64,000 nucleotides of DNA from Lingula anatina (GCA_051362555.1 CM120642.1:2232001-2296000); one strand, 5' to 3'; counted from the stretch's first letter, positions 1-14,135 are shown. Program-made: numbers and translations. Notes: generated from the letters alone by a model not told the origin.

Positions 1-620
1 TTTGCAAGAGGTGACTTCAGGGATACCGCAGGCGTCATTGTGGAAATGCACTTGCTCACAAATCTCGTCTGCTGAGTGATTTGTTGCAGAAACCCATTGT
101 TCAGAGGATGGAGCAACCTTCTTTGAGCCCTGTTATTAACCTTACTAAACATCTGTGACATGAATTGAAGTGTGAAATGCTAAGGAAAATGTAACTCCTA
201 ATAATCTGGACCAACTCCCCCAAGCTCTTTCGGAAGAATGGGACATTATCCCATAAAACAGAATTGTTACCCTTGTTGAAGGCAGGCGGCGCCACCTATA
301 GGAGGTAATAACAGTATGCGGTAAACGCAAACGTTATCAGACAAGGAGCTTTTAACGAGCACGCCCTAATGCAAAATGTGTGAAAATTTGGTGACATTTG
401 GTGGTGTCATTTAAATTTAATTGACATTTCTTTACCTCTGTGAAAATCGCAGTGAAACGTCGGATTTGAGGGGGTACATATAATAAATGTGAATAAATGG
501 TCATCTTAATTTTGGTATCTGGAATGACAGTCACTATTTATAACAATCTTCTCCTGTGATGTGATCATTTATAAATAAAAACACATGAAACTGGGGGTGG
601 GACAACCTTTTTGACCAATG

Positions 621-622
<2 letters not shown>
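1..622 (+). mobile_element. Tc1/mariner non-autonomous element, 5' part outside the window
   Basis: Ends in the TIR ...GGGACAACCTTTTTGACCAATGTT and is a diverged copy of 1105-1829. It carries a decayed transposase C-terminus. Confidence 0.8.

Positions 623-682
<60 letters not shown>
622..682. repeat. (TA)n microsatellite at the Tc1 TA target site
   Basis: About 30 TA units start directly at the TIR end. Confidence 0.95.
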
Positions 683-686
<4 letters not shown>

Positions 687-1104
687 CACATAACACACCT
701 TGAAAATTACGGGCAAGCCTGTGAACTGATATAAAGATAGCTCATACATGAAGTACCTCGTAGGCTACCTACTTTTGCTTTCAACATTTTCATACTCCAA
801 AAACAAAAGAAGTGTGATTAAAGGCTAGATGTTCATGTAGCATAGTAGGGCGCAGAAACCACCAAATAATTATCATTGTTGACCATACCTACATATACCT
901 TCAAATCTACAAATCGATCCCCATGGGCCGCAGATAATTGAATTATGCTTCAATGGCTTTGTAGTGGGTCGCCATATTTGCTTTTCGGACTACTAGTCCC
1001 TTTATTCTGAATGGGGCCCTAGCAAAACCAATATGTGTAATATAAAATAGTTCCCTGAGAGAAGGGTATGTCCCAGAAGTGTGGTGATCAGCTGATGTTG
1101 TATA

Positions 1105-1829
1105 CAACATTGGTCAAAAAGGTTGTCCCACCTTCAGTATCATGTGCTTTTATTTATAAATGATCACATCACAGGTGAATATTGTTATTCATCATGAGAG
1201 CACACTTGCACACAGTTCTCATGTGGTGAGTGATTTGTTGCAGAAACCCCCCCAATGTTCTGAGGCTGGAGAAAGCATCTTTGAGCCCTATTATAAACCT
1301 AACTAAACACCTCTGGCATGTATTGAAGTGTGCAATGCGAAGGAGAACCAAACGCCTAATAATCTGGACCAACTCCCTCAAGCTCTTTTGGAAGAATGGG
1401 ACAATGTCCCATAAAATTGTATTGTTACCCTTGTTGAAGGCAGGCCGCGCCATCTACTGGAGGTAATTACAGTACGCGGTAAACACTAACGTTCTTAGTC
1501 AAGAAGTCTTTAACGAGCACATCCTAATGCTAAATATGTGTAAATTTGATGACATTTGGTGGTTTCATTTCAATTTAATGGACATTCCTTTACCTTTGTG
1601 GAAATGACAGTAAAACATCGGATTTGAGGGGATACATGTAATAAATGTGAATAAATGGTATTAAATATGGAAATCTTAACGGCTAGTTTGTATTTTCTGT
1701 ACCAATCATGTTAGCTGTGGTATCTGGAATTAAAAATCACCATTCATAGCAATTAACTCCTGTGATGTGATGATTTATGAATAAAAGCACACGAAACTGG
1801 GGGTGGGACAACCTTTTTGACCAATGTTG
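1105..1829 (+). mobile_element. Tc1/mariner non-autonomous element (MITE-like deletion derivative)
   Basis: TIRs CAACATTGGTCAAAAAGGTTGTCCCACC / GGTGGGACAACCTTTTTGACCAATGTTG with TA at both ends (1103-4, 1830-1). Internal remnant ..KHLWHVLK.. resembles the Tc1 PIEHLW motif. Confidence 0.88.
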
Positions 1830-2012
1830 TAGTTGAGGACTATCTCAGGCCCATCTCCTTGACGCCAATGCTAGTGGGTCGGCCATATTTAACCCTCGGA
1901 CTAGTTAGTCCCCTATTCTGAATGGCCCCATAGATTGCCTGTGCTTCTTAGGAAAAACGGCTTCTCCCACTCTCAGTTACGTACCCGCACCGATGCTCCC
2001 CTGCATCTTTAC

Positions 2013-2176
2013 CGGGAGCGGATCCAGAGATATTTTCTGACAGTATTCCAAATTATCTTTGTTGGCCCATCCTCCATTTTTGATGGTCTTTCAACAGAAA
2101 AAATACATACCCGTCATTGTAAACATTTAAATCTGACCGTCTTCCAGAAGACCCAGAAGACGGTCTCAATCCACCT
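2013..2176. mobile_element. Short GC-terminal MITE-like repeat
   Basis: A close copy lies at 45592-45757 (GGAGCGGATCCAGAG...TCAATCCGCTCC). Related short elements are at 7146-7404 and ~8599. Confidence 0.6.
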
Positions 2177-2180
2177 TGTT

Positions 2181-2510
2181 GATAGCAGAATACGCAACCT
2201 GTTTACCAAAGTGTCACATCATCGCAATGTCAGCGTCATACTTATTACCCAAAACCTTTTTCCCAGAGAGGAGGAAGCGAGAACCATCTCCTTGAAGTCA
2301 TTATCTCGTCCTCTTTAAAAACCCCAGGGACACATTGCAGGTCAGAACACTAGCCCAGCAGATGTATCCCGGTGAGGTAAAAGTTTTTTTAACAGGCAAC
2401 TTCGCCTCCTCATGGCTACCTCTTCATCGATCTAAAGTAAGACACTCCAGATGACTGTCGTCTACGCGTTGGTATATTTCTCGAGGAAAACAACGATGTT
2501 GAGTTCCTGT
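2181..2510 (+). pseudogene. Maverick/Polinton A32-like packaging ATPase, C-terminal fragment
   Basis: Translation NLFTKVSHHRNVSVILITQNLF..ARTISL / YLVLFKNPRDTLQVRTLAQQMYP / PHGYLFIDL matches Polinton ATPase motifs from memory. It has frameshifts and a stop. Confidence 0.8.
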
Positions 2511-3632
2511 AATCAGAGACTGTAAAGTATTTACAAGAAGGGAAACATAAGGCGCAACCGTTTACCAAAATAACTGATAAAATAGAAGCAGACCAACGCA
2601 AGTTGTGGAAAAGAAATGACCTTACCTTGGACTAAAAGGTTAATTTGAATGATGAACTGTACCACGAGAAACAGTCATACTGGAAAAGACAAAAACACAA
2701 GAAGGACAGTACTATAACCCCATGGTGGCCGAAACAGTGTATATGAAGACCACTCCTACACACCACTCAACACTCCCTCCGCCATACAGGACTGTAGGTT
2801 CACCGCAACGACCGCCCACCATTACCAGTGGGGTCGACCGTCCCATGGCGGGGCCTACACGAAAGCTGTTTGATAAAACACCAAGAGAACCCGTGCAAAA
2901 GCAGACAGGCATGGGGACTCCCTTATTACAGCGCCAGTATGTGTTGGATGCAGAATATGAAGGTCGATCTATGCCTGACAGCAATACCGAATACCGTACC
3001 GATTCTGATGTGCCTGACAGTATAGAATTGGCGAACACCGAAGAATCGGAGCAAACCGAAATGTCAAACACAGAGTCACCGGTGTCAAGCAACACAGAGC
3101 CCTACCATTCTAGGGTCCGGCGGACCCGGTGTTTCAAAACTGAGAATCCGTCGGACTCCCTGTCATGAAATAACGGGTCCCGGATGTTCTGAAATGTAGA
3201 GTCCCCCTAGACACTTTATTTCAGTACAGAAAGTCCTAGGACCCTACGTTTTAATACTGACTGTCCGCATTGAGGAGTAAAAATTAAAAATATTATTCTT
3301 ATAACATGCAATTTGAATATGATTTTGAACAAGATGAAGAAAGATATGGAGTGAAAAACTATAAATATTAAAGGTTAAATAAGCATGATTACAGTCCGTA
3401 AAAATTTAAAACATACTATAAATTTGTATTGTTGGCATTTCATAAACTTTAAATGGCTCTATCTAGCCTATGAATGCAATTAAAAAAAACCCCGGAAAAT
3501 ATTTAATTGAATTCTTCATGTTTATAGCAAATCCAACAAAACACTTGCTGTTGTTTTCCCATTATTTTTTTTCAAAAACTGAATGAAAAGAGGGGATAAT
3601 TTAATGAAAAAGGGTAATAACTTTGCATTCTT

Positions 3633-4082
3633 GTGCCCGTGGGATTTTGACTCCCCTTGGTTATGAACGAAAATGAATATTTTTCCTGATTTTTTCCACC
3701 CAATATTTTAACATCAAACTTTCAAATATTTCCAATATATTATTCATATAGTATACTAAAAGAAAAGATGTTGAAATGATCACCAAATATCAAATTAATA
3801 GCTTTTTCATAGGGGAGTCATTGGGTGGTAAAATACATATTTTTAATTTTATTTTTATGAAAAATTTCACCTGCAAACTAACAGTGTCTATATATCCTCC
3901 ATTATGCATGCTTCAAGATAAAAGTCTTATACTCAAATAAAATAACAATTATTGAGTTTTGTGGGGGTGGGGGTCAAAATTTATCTTGGGGGAGTCTGAT
4001 TTTCATTATGAAATTTTGACTAGGGAGTCAAATTTTTATTATGGGGAGTCACCTTTTAAGGGAGTCAAATTTTCATGGTACA
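3633..4082. repeat. Small TGT..ACA-type repeat relic with GGGAGTCA sub-repeats
   Basis: Repeated GGGAGTCA motifs and an inverted TTTTGACTCCC. It is absent from copy B of the host element. Confidence 0.35.
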
Positions 4083-4823
4083 CCTGCCATGTTGTAAATA
4101 AAGCCGTATTGCTTGAAAATCCATGGTGACAGTGTAGGGCATCGCGAGCAGCTAGCCATTTTATACCCTGAGAACCATGAAATACATTACTTTTGGGTTG
4201 ATTCCATTTATATATAGGTCATTTATTTTATTTGAATATAAGTTATTTAAACTGTAAAACAAAATTAAATGAGTATATTTTAAATGACACTTTAATAATA
4301 AATGAATTCCGCCCGTTTCAAGAAAACATATTTTGCACAGCTTAACACTGATGCACTGTATAACGCTTGCTGTCACACACTTGAGTGGTAGTCATTGTAA
4401 GTGACGCGTATAGTTTGAAGAAAAGAAACGTTTTGCACAGCTAAGCATCGCTGCATTGTGTATGACTAGCTTACACATATTTATGAGTGGTAGTCAAATA
4501 AGTCACGCGTATAGGGGGGCCTAGTCCAAACGATCACAAGGCAATGGAATATCTGTGAAAAACCTCCAATGAAAAAGAAATGAAATGTAATGAACAGTGC
4601 GTATAAAACATTTTACTGCGGAATGACACACACTGAGTTTACAATAAGTTAAATATTTTACTTTTAAGTTAATTATAAGTGAAAATAAGAATAAGAAATG
4701 GGAGGTACACGAAAGTCAAATCCATTGGGGTACTCGAACCGATGTCTGGTAGACTGCCACATTCATGCCATAGTCGGCTCTTCGTCCGTGTCGCTCTCCA
4801 CTACACCACCAGCCTCGTTGTGC

Positions 4824-7800
4824 TAATCTAGTGAGATTTCCACGAAATATGAATGGTAGGGGCATTTTGGGGTAAAAGTTGGAAACCAGGCTTATTAGCA
4901 TAATTTTGGCATGCTGAATCCGATTAACCCGGTTCCCAAGCGAATTTTGCGTTTTTAACTGTCTAATTTGAGAAAAAAAAATGGCCGCCAGATTTCCAAT
5001 TTTCTGCAATATCTCTGTAACTAGACAGGCGAATATGACAAATGAAGTGTCTTTACCTATATTTGCAGGGTCGAAGAACATTATTAAGATTTTTCTGTTA
5101 GAATTAGATTTACGAATTTCCCTAAATATGCAAATTAGGACCGCCATTACTGAAAAACCATTTTACTTCTGTATCTCTTTAATTAGGCAAGCAAACGTGA
5201 CACATGAAGTGCCCACACCTATGTTTTCAGGGTCAGAGAAAGTGGTTAAGACATTTTCACTATAATCAAATCAGTAATTAGTGCTACACTGTCACAATGT
5301 AGCAATTATTCGAATCTGAATTGAATTTGGCAAATAAATACTGCGCTACCATTGGGATGTAAACATATTGGATCACACAACTGCCCCTGATGCCTAGATT
5401 TGAAAAAGGTGATTCCCTTATTAATGCAATGGAGGGATTTGCTGCATCAAGTTATTCATGTGATGCAATGCACAGACTTGACATTTAAAATGTTTTTTTT
5501 TCAAACATATTTTCTTTGATTTTTATTGATTTATATTAGTAATAAATTGAAATAACACTTGTTATGATGTTCGATATAGCTTTAATGAATTAACCCGTGT
5601 CAATATATCAAAAATTTAATTTAAACACGTATTCAGGTCAGCGTTATAAACAGCACACGGGTAATTTCATAGCTGATAACAACGAGGTATTAAATTCTTA
5701 TGAACTCAATATTATCAAGAATATCAGTTGGTAAGAATTTTCTCTTACATAAAGAATCACCGAGACAAATTTAAAAAATGGAAACGGATAACAACGCGTG
5801 CAGTCTCTTCTAGCTGCAACCATAGACCTCACTCGACAAGGCTCTCCTGCAGAGAGGTTTCTGACAGTTTGATCCGGTATTGCATTCGACGCATTAGTCA
5901 GAGCTTGTCTAAGCTGGTGCCGATTTGTAGGCTGGACCGTTAAGCTCTTGATTCTGCGAGTGATTTCTGCCCACAGGTTTTCTATTGAATTCATGTCAGG
6001 GGAATTTCGGCAACTGGCAACTGGTTTACCTCTTGGTTTTGCAGAAAAGCAGTTTTTGTATGGGTACGGTGTGGTCTGGCATTGTCATCTTGCAAATGGC
6101 AAGCAAGTATTCTCTAAAATGTCACTGTATTTCATCTGGTTGAGGTTACCGTCAATTGTCACCAATAGTGTTTTGGCTCCAGCGTGGAAACCGGCCAATA
6201 CACAGATACTGCCATCGCCACAAGTCACTGTAGGGAGACACAAGCCTCGTGCCGTACCTCGTCTGGAAGCCTACGGACTCTGATTCAGCCATTGCGGTGG
6301 TGGAACTCAAACTTTGCCTCGTCTGTAAACATCTACATGAACTCAGTGCTGCGGAACTGCAAATGGTGTCTACCCCACCATTGGCGCAGACGTTGGTGTT
6401 GCTCTGTTAATAGAGGTAACCAGCCAAAAGTAGCATCGCATTCACTAGGGTTCTAAAAACACGCCTTTGAATGGAAATTTGCCACTCATTTTGAAGAGGA
6501 AGAGTTGTTTTGTCCGGTTGTTGAGACATAACTGCAGAAACAAGTGGTCTTCCCTTCTGGTGGTGACTTTAAGACGTCTGGTTGTGGTCTCTGTGTTGGT
6601 GTGCCAGTCTGGGCGTGTTTCTGTAAGACGTTAGAAACTGCTCCCTGGGACACATTCAGCTGTCTGGCAATAGCAGTTTGCTTCTGTCCATTCTGGCATA
6701 ATGTAACAACAGTGTGGCAAGTTCACGTACCATAAGGTCAGCTAAGTGTCTGCAAAATATCATACTCTTCTGACTGGGCGTTGCCAAAATATGGAGACTT
6801 ATTCTGCAGAACTGCTGCCCTTTCATACGCATCCTGTAACCAGCCAAAGAGGACTTCTCAGGGAAACTACCACGTATTACGTAATATAACCGCGCTTCAG
6901 AAAAAGCAGCCTAATCAACACTACACATGTACCTTTTTAGCTTTAATCTTCTGATGTTCTATTGAATCCGATTAAATGATTGACGGTCCGGAAAACATTC
7001 CTGTGTAAATAGCAAGTTTGAAGTCTCAGCAGTTTCTCAAGCTTTTGAATGCTTTTGTTGAGCCCAAATCTGTATTAGCAGAGCAGAAAGGTTAAAAGAA
7101 GATGTAGTCTGTCCTGATGAAATTAAACTGAATGACTCCTAACCCAGTGGCAGATTTAGAAGGGGGGTCAGAGGGGTCCTGACCCCCCCCTTCGATTTCT
7201 GGTCCCCTTCTTCAAATAATAATTTTGACTAGCTGAATCGATCATAGTTGTAAACCATACCAAACGGACCAGTTCGCCCTCTTAAATACCAAAATTTTCA
7301 GGGTCCTACAACAGGCCCTTAACCCCGTGCCAAGTGGGGGGGGGGGGGGATCGGCTTTGCATCCGCGGACCCCTCCCTTCAAATAATCCTGGATCCGCCT
7401 CTGCTCACCTTGCTTTATAATTGATGGGCAAGCACTGGCAATTTCACCGTAAAAGTCTGACAATGCAGTGACCTTTGGTAGTTTGACTGACACATACGTA
7501 AAAGCAGTTCTGAAGGCAGGTTATAACTATCAGCTGATTGACTTGTGTTTGACAGACACAGGGAAGAAACAATAAAACGTGTACTCGGACACTACGCACA
7601 AAGTCAGCACTACCCATCAGACAAGACATCTAATTCATCACATTCCCCGACCCTGAGAACATAGGTGTAGACACTTAATGTGTCACGTTTGCTTGCCTAG
7701 TTACAGAGATACAGAAGTAAAACGGTTTTTCAGTAATGGCGGTCCTAATTTGTATATTTAGGGAAATTCTGTAAATCTAATTCTAACAGAAAAATCTTAA

Positions 7801-8072
7801 TAATGTTCCTCGACCCTGAAAATATAGGTAAAGACGCTTCATTTGTCATATTCACCTGTCTAGTTACAGAGATATTGCAGAAAATTGGAAATCTGGCGGC
7901 CATTTTGCTTTTTTGCAAATTAGACATTAAAAAACGCAAAATTTCGCTTGGAAACCGGGTTAATCGGATTCAGCATGCCAAAATTATGCCAATAAGTCTG
8001 GTTCCCAACCTTTACCCCAAAATGCCCCTTGCTTCTTATGCAGAGACTTTTTTCAAAAATCCCACTAGACTA
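4824..8072 (+). mobile_element. Academ-like (AcademX) element with ~400-bp TIRs
   Basis: 4857-5250 is an inverted repeat of 7645-8030. Termini TA(A)TCTAGT...ACTAGACTA. An internal remnant at ~7410-7600 reads FIIDGQAL..TFGSLTDTYVKAVL..ID, XPG/PIN-like as in AcademX. No clean TSD. Confidence 0.6.
5790..6720 (-). pseudogene. Tc1-family DDE transposase, degenerate
   Basis: Minus-strand motifs FTDEAKF (~6310-6331), LQDDNARPH (~6070-6096) and PDMNSIENLW..(ORF 5698-5994). Confidence 0.85.
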
Positions 8073-9749
8073 AATCCACCGCCGTTTTATATTATATTTA
8101 CTTGCATCAAAGGTTTGCTTTATTATAATACTATTATGCCCAGATTGTGAATATAAAGCGCTTTTACTAAATATCTGCTGTTCGACAGTAGGACCCTAGT
8201 TTCCAGACCCTGTGCGATATACAGTTTTTCTGTATGACGGGCAGACTCGGTGTTTCATGATAGCTGTCATGAAACGTAGGGTCCGGTTAAATGCAGGCTC
8301 CGGGGGACTGTATATTATACCTAATTACCATGATACAGAGTCCGAGACCCGTTATTTCAGAAACCAGGGGTCCGAAGGAAATAACGGATCCCGGACTTTC
8401 TGTCATGGGGGACCTTCTGGTTCATGACACCGGCACGGTTTTGATTTAAGCAAGCCCTATAAGAAAAGAGAATCATTTGAAAACGTTCAAAAGTGAAAAA
8501 GCAATTGCAATGCGAATTTTGAGAAAAACATATTTGGCAAACAATACTAAAAATAAGATCCCATTTTTGTCTGCTGAACAAGATATACAGGTGGTAAGAC
8601 AGGGGCATATCCAGGATATGAAGGGGGGTCATTTTATTTTATTTTACGAATAACAGGCCTCAGATACGAAGCCGATCCTCGGCTCCCTTGTGGTGAGGTT
8701 CGGGGCCCGTTGAAGCGCCCCAAAATACATGTATATTAGCGTTTGAAGGTCAAACGGTGCCATTTGGAACCGCCAAGAACTATAAATCAGCTTTAAAAAA
8801 TTCTTATTTCAAGAGGGGAATATTAGTGTGATTTTTTAGAAACCGAAGAACCACTGAAAATGTTGCTTTAGAAAGTTAAAAACATTATTTTTGTTGAGAC
8901 AGGATCAACTTCTTTCTAAAACAATCATTCAACTTGTATGTTATGAAAGGTATCGCGGATAAAAACTGATAAAGAATGCATGTCACTTACATCCGTTATA
9001 CTTACCTCCGTCACAAAATATACCAGGTGTGCTAAAAATTACTGTAATTACTTAAAACGTCATTTCTGTGGTTTTGTGAGTCAATTTTGACATAGTATTC
9101 ATGCATACTGCTTGCTGTCAAAGACATTATAATACAGAGAAAGAGAGAGTTGATAATTCTATTATCAGTTGGATTGCCAGTATATGACATCCTATTCAAG
9201 TTCAATAGTAACTATGGGTATACCTCTGTCAATTTTGAAGTATTACACATTTTATTTTCTCTAATGAATAATGCGACGTTGTACTTTTTAATATAATGCA
9301 GCTTCTAAACCGTATCAAAAACAAAAAAACGGACACCACTTCAAGTATTGCGCTTGGCAATCTCTACAAAATGCAAAAAATATATATGTATAATTTTTTT
9401 GTGCAGAAAATTCCCATTTTAGAAAATTTTGGCCCGTTTGACCTTGAAATAAAGGTCAAAAGTCAAATCCAAGGGCGTATTTGGAATCTCCACATGACTT
9501 TTGGTCAGACTTCTATCGTAATTTTTCCCATTATTCCTTCGGTTTGGGAGATATTTTAACTTGAATTTTCATATATTTTGACAAGGGCGTGTTTCAAACT
9601 AGTAGGGGAGCCAAGGCTAGAAATAAGGGTGAAAAAATAAATTTTATGATATAAAATTTTTGAAAATATCGTCCAAGAGCCTGATATCTGGGGTTTAATA
9701 TGGTGGAAATATATACTATAAGGTGAACTGTAGCAGGAATTGGTCGATT

Positions 9750-12545
9750 GGATTCAAAATGGCCGCTCTATCCAAGATGGCGACCAACATTTCTACATTT
9801 TTTGCAATTAAATCCTCTTTTAATTAATCTAGAATTTCTTTCAATCAAGATATGAGCAAACACCTATCAAATAAAGATTGTCTCTACTATTTCCTGCATT
9901 TGTATCATCTACATATAGTATAGAGACTTTGTGATTACAAAAAATCCAATATGGCTGCCCAACACCCCTTACCATTATGAGTGAAGGGTACCGTCTGTCT
10001 GTTATAGAAAAGTCTAAATATCTACTTTAATGAATGCTATTTCTATTGTACAATTTTTGGGTAAAGGGGAATTGTTTCAATATTTTAAAGGTAAATTCAA
10101 AAGGCTACTTCAATCCAAGATGGCAGCCAAATTTTAAAGTTTTTGCAATGAAGTCATGTTTTCTGTAATGAAGAACTACTTTCAATCGTAGAAAAGCTAA
10201 ATTTCATCAAAAATTTAATCTCTCCAATACTTTTTGCATTTTGACTATCTGTATGCAGTTTAAATGTTTGATCATTAGGGAAAAATTCAATATGGCTGCA
10301 ATACACCCCTTACCAATATGAGTCAAAGGCAAAACATATATTATCACAAATTTGGAATATCTATTTTAATGAAGTAAATTATATTTCTATTTAATAATAT
10401 ATGGCTAATGTACATTTGTTTCATTTTTATAAAGGTAACTTTAACACTGTCTATTAATCCAATATGGCCGCTACATCCAAGACAGCAGCCAAAATTTAAC
10501 CATTTTTTGCAATTGAATACCTTTTTTCTTTAAATCAGAATTTCTTTCAATCTTCTAGAAGCAAAATTTCCTCAGAAATAGATACTCTATAGTACTTCCT
10601 GTATTTTTTACTGTTTATATACTGAATAAAGGCTTTATGATTATAGAAAAATCCATCATGGCCACCATAAATCCCTTGGGAAATCCTTGGGAAAACATAA
10701 TCTGATCACCCGGCATAAATGGATTCATCGCCAATGGGCAATGTACTGAAAAAAACCATAACAAAAGGTACTGGAGATGCATTATTTGCACATGTGTATC
10801 TACCATGTTGATGAGAGCTGGTGAAACCTAATACTGCATCATCCAAGGCAGCAGGCTTGGGGAGGATTCATAATGCCCATTATATTCTTGCGTAAGTATT
10901 TCTTGCGGAATTTTTGTTATGAAAATTAACCCCACAGAAATTTTAACAGGCCCTTTAACAGAATTAGATACAGGGATGGAGTCTTCTTCACTGTCATTTT
11001 GCTACATATTCGGGTGCACATCTAAAAGCAAGTTCGTAATTTTTCATATACAAAGGATTATTACCACATACTTTGAAAGCTGTATGTAATCCTGCTTTAC
11101 CTGTGAATTCAAGTTTTAAAAGATCCACAGTGACTAAATAAGCCCACCTTAGGTTAACAGCCAAGTTAAAAGTAATGTTCCAACATTATAGTAACAAACC
11201 GGGGTATATAAGCAATCTAGAAATGATAAGTTGGATGTCATCTATAAAATCTATATCACTGCCAAATGAAAAAATATTACATTGAATAAGAGATCAACAA
11301 ACTACGCAGAGTGCCATTGATTCGTAATGGTAAGGGGTATTAGGCAGCCATATTGGATTTTACTCTAATCAAAAAGCCCTAATCATATTGTTAACAAATA
11401 TTAAATATTGTTTACAAATATGTGGGAAATATTTAACAGAATCTATATTTCGTGAAATATTGTTTTAAACGTGATTGAAATAATTTCTAGATTAAAGAAA
11501 ATATGCCTTAAATAATTCTTCGTTTTGGCCAAAAATAAGATTTTCCTCGAGTAAACGGCAATTTTCCCGTACTTACCAATGGTCAACGACCCCATTCCTG
11601 CATTCAAAGTTAGTCCAGGGTTTTTTCCCAATACGTTCTGTTTTTTGTTAAAACCTCTTAAGAGATTTTAACTGACGGAGCCCTCTCTGACATTGCATAG
11701 TCACGTGACATCGAGCGATATTTTCTGGTGACCTACTTAAAACCGCGGAAAAGCAGAAAACAACAACACTGTATAACACTAATATAAGATTTATAAGATA
11801 TATTCGTCTTATTGCTCAAAATGCATTTATATCTACAATGTGTGCAGTTCTGGGCTTTTCGTTATCCGACGCACTGTACAAAAACTCGCAACTAACGCCT
11901 GCAGATTGCATCATGTGCGTCTGTTTTCTCATGGCGCCATATGTTAGTTGGGTCTCGAATGAACGCAAGAATTCGCGTGACACCCCAACGTCAATGGCAA
12001 CGGATGCCTTGACGAACGGGAAGAAAGGAAACGAAAGCCCTATTGACAAGCACAGATTTTAGTTTTATAACAATAACAGCCATTTTAGTGGTAAAATGCA
12101 ATATAATATATTTCCATGCATTGTTTACAATGTATTTCTTGCGGAATTTTGAATCTCAAAGGAAGAGTTATTATTGCTTTAATTGCAAAAATTGGTGAAA
12201 TTATGGCCGCCATCTTGGATGAAGAGCCGTTTTGAATAAAGATATGGTCTTAGCTTTACTTAAAAAAAAGAATTGTCCTTTACCCATAAATTGCAAAGGA
12301 AATATGAAATTTACTTCATTAAAGAAGATATTTGATCTTTCGAATAAGACACCGTACATGTCGTGCACACCTAAGTTGGGCCATAATGGTCAGGGGTGCA
12401 TGGTGGCCATGTTGGATTTTTCTCTAATTATAAAGCTTCATACTGTACAGAGAGAGAGGAAAATACAGGTCATATTGTACAGAATGTATAATTCATGATG
12501 TGTTGCTTCTATCATTGATTGAAAGTGCCCAGTAATTCTAGATTC
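9750..12545. repeat. Unclassified degenerate repeat with ~350-bp direct subunits and inverted copies
   Basis: CAAGATGGCGGCC/CAATATGGCTGC-containing units occur at ~9755, ~10105 and ~10470. Inverted versions occur at ~11330 and 12150-12545. Confidence 0.5.
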
Positions 12546-12641
12546 TAGAAAACATGACTTAAGTTGGTAATGAGTGTACATTTCATGTTCTGTAAGGGTT
12601 AGCTGTGGATACCACATTTTTAGTTGTGGTACTTACATCTA

Positions 12642-13284
12642 TATGGAACGCCGTTTGTACAAAAATGATGAAAGTATCATTTTGACAAGATTTTTTTTTT
12701 TGCGAGGTGCAAACATCATTTTGAGAGAAAAGTATTTTCTACAAGGTCGTTTTATCATTTTGCATGTCGAATTTATCATTTTGAGATACGACATTCTTTG
12801 CGCAAGATGACACAATACCAGGGGTCATCTCATAACAAACAGTGGGAAAAGGAACTAACGCATCCAAGGGTCCGTGTATGGTGGGGCAAAATGATTTACA
12901 TTTTGCCAGAAAATGAACAAAAGGGCCGTTTTTCATTTCCATTTGATAGAAATGGCAAAATAACTTTCATTTTTCCATTGAAACTAAAATGGCAAAAATG
13001 AACATGTTTCAATATCTCATTTTTTCACAGAAGGAGAAAGGGGCATATTTTCTAATATTTCACTCTCTAGACATGGGAAATCAGTGGATGTTTCTATTTT
13101 CTAACGCGTTTGGAAATCTGTTGTTTTAGCTTTTACTCGACATGCAAAATGATAACATGACTTTGTAGAAAATTCTTTTCTCATGAAATGAAACTGACAA
13201 TCTCAAAATGATGTTTGCACCTCGCAAAAAAATTTTCTTGTCAAAATGATACCTTCATCATTTTTGTACAAACGGCCTTCCATA
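12642..13284. mobile_element. MITE with ~140-bp imperfect TIRs
   Basis: TATGGAACGCCGTTTGTACAAAAATGATGAA... / ...TCATCATTTTTGTACAAACGGCCTTCCATA. Confidence 0.75.
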
Positions 13285-13792
13285 CATGTATGCTGTGAAA
13301 CAAATGGCATCAAAGCTATACTGTGAAATTTGGATTGTGTCTTTTAAAAAAGTTACTGTCACATTACTAAAATGACTTAGCAGATTATTTCAGCAAAGGA
13401 TAAAAACAACAGTCTCATCAGTATTGATATATATTGGCTAGAATCATATAGCTGAATTAAAAATATTTCGCTTTAAATTTTTGTTATGAAAATTAACCTC
13501 ACAGAAATTTTCAAAAAGACTGTAAATTCTGATTTACCCAAATCTTTCTTTGCAACTACTTCAAATATATTATGATTGTATGATAAGATTTTACTTTAAT
13601 TAGTGTTCTCTTGTACCTCGATAATTCAGATATTGCTAAGGTAGGTTACTGTTTTCATGTATTCAAAACAGCACAAATCCAACTTTCCATGTAGACAAGT
13701 TTGTCCTTCGCATCTTAAATATATTTGTATGCCAAAATATACATGGCTTGGACAAACAACTCCAATAGCAAGGTCTTCCCTGACGAAAATTT

Positions 13793-14135
13793 CCTATAGG
13801 ATTTCCTATAAGATTTCCTATAGGATCCTATAAGATTTCCTATAGGATATCCTATAGGATCCTATAGGAATTCCTATAGGATCCTATAGGAAATTGTCCC
13901 TTTTTCCTATAGGATCCTATAGGATCCTATAGGAAATCTTATAGGATCCTATAGGAAATCTTATAAGATCCTATAGGAAATCTTATAGGAAATCCTATAG
14001 GATCCTATAGGAAATCTTATAGGATCCTATAGGAAATCTTATAGGATCCTATAGGAAATCTTATAGGAAATCCTATAGGATCCTATAGGAAATCTTATAA
14101 GATCCTATAGGAAATCTTATAGGAACCTATAGAAA
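13793..14135. repeat. CCTATAGGA(T/AAT) palindromic minisatellite
   Basis: Dozens of 10-12-bp CCTATAGG/CTTATAGG units. Matching arrays occur at 19320-19460 and 19800-19910. Confidence 0.95.

Larger units (their letters stand above)
3083..8429. mobile_element. Ginger1-like non-autonomous DNA transposon, copy A, with nested insertions
   Basis: Termini TGTCA...TGACA flanked by a CCGG duplication (3079-82, 8430-33). GGGTCC-rich imperfect TIRs. An inverted copy lies at 17524-19297. Confidence 0.8.

Noticed and set aside
2722-3168. 148-aa ORF as a real gene
   Set aside because: Chimeric: it runs from a low-complexity relic into the Ginger-like TIR at 3083.
4716-5265. ORFs in the TIRs (also 7745-8150)
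   Set aside because: Mirror-image ORFs arising from the inverted repeats, with no protein motifs.
10615-12062. Further TRAF exons or other host exons
   Set aside because: The translations I tried gave no zinc-finger or MATH-like sequence with proper splice sites.
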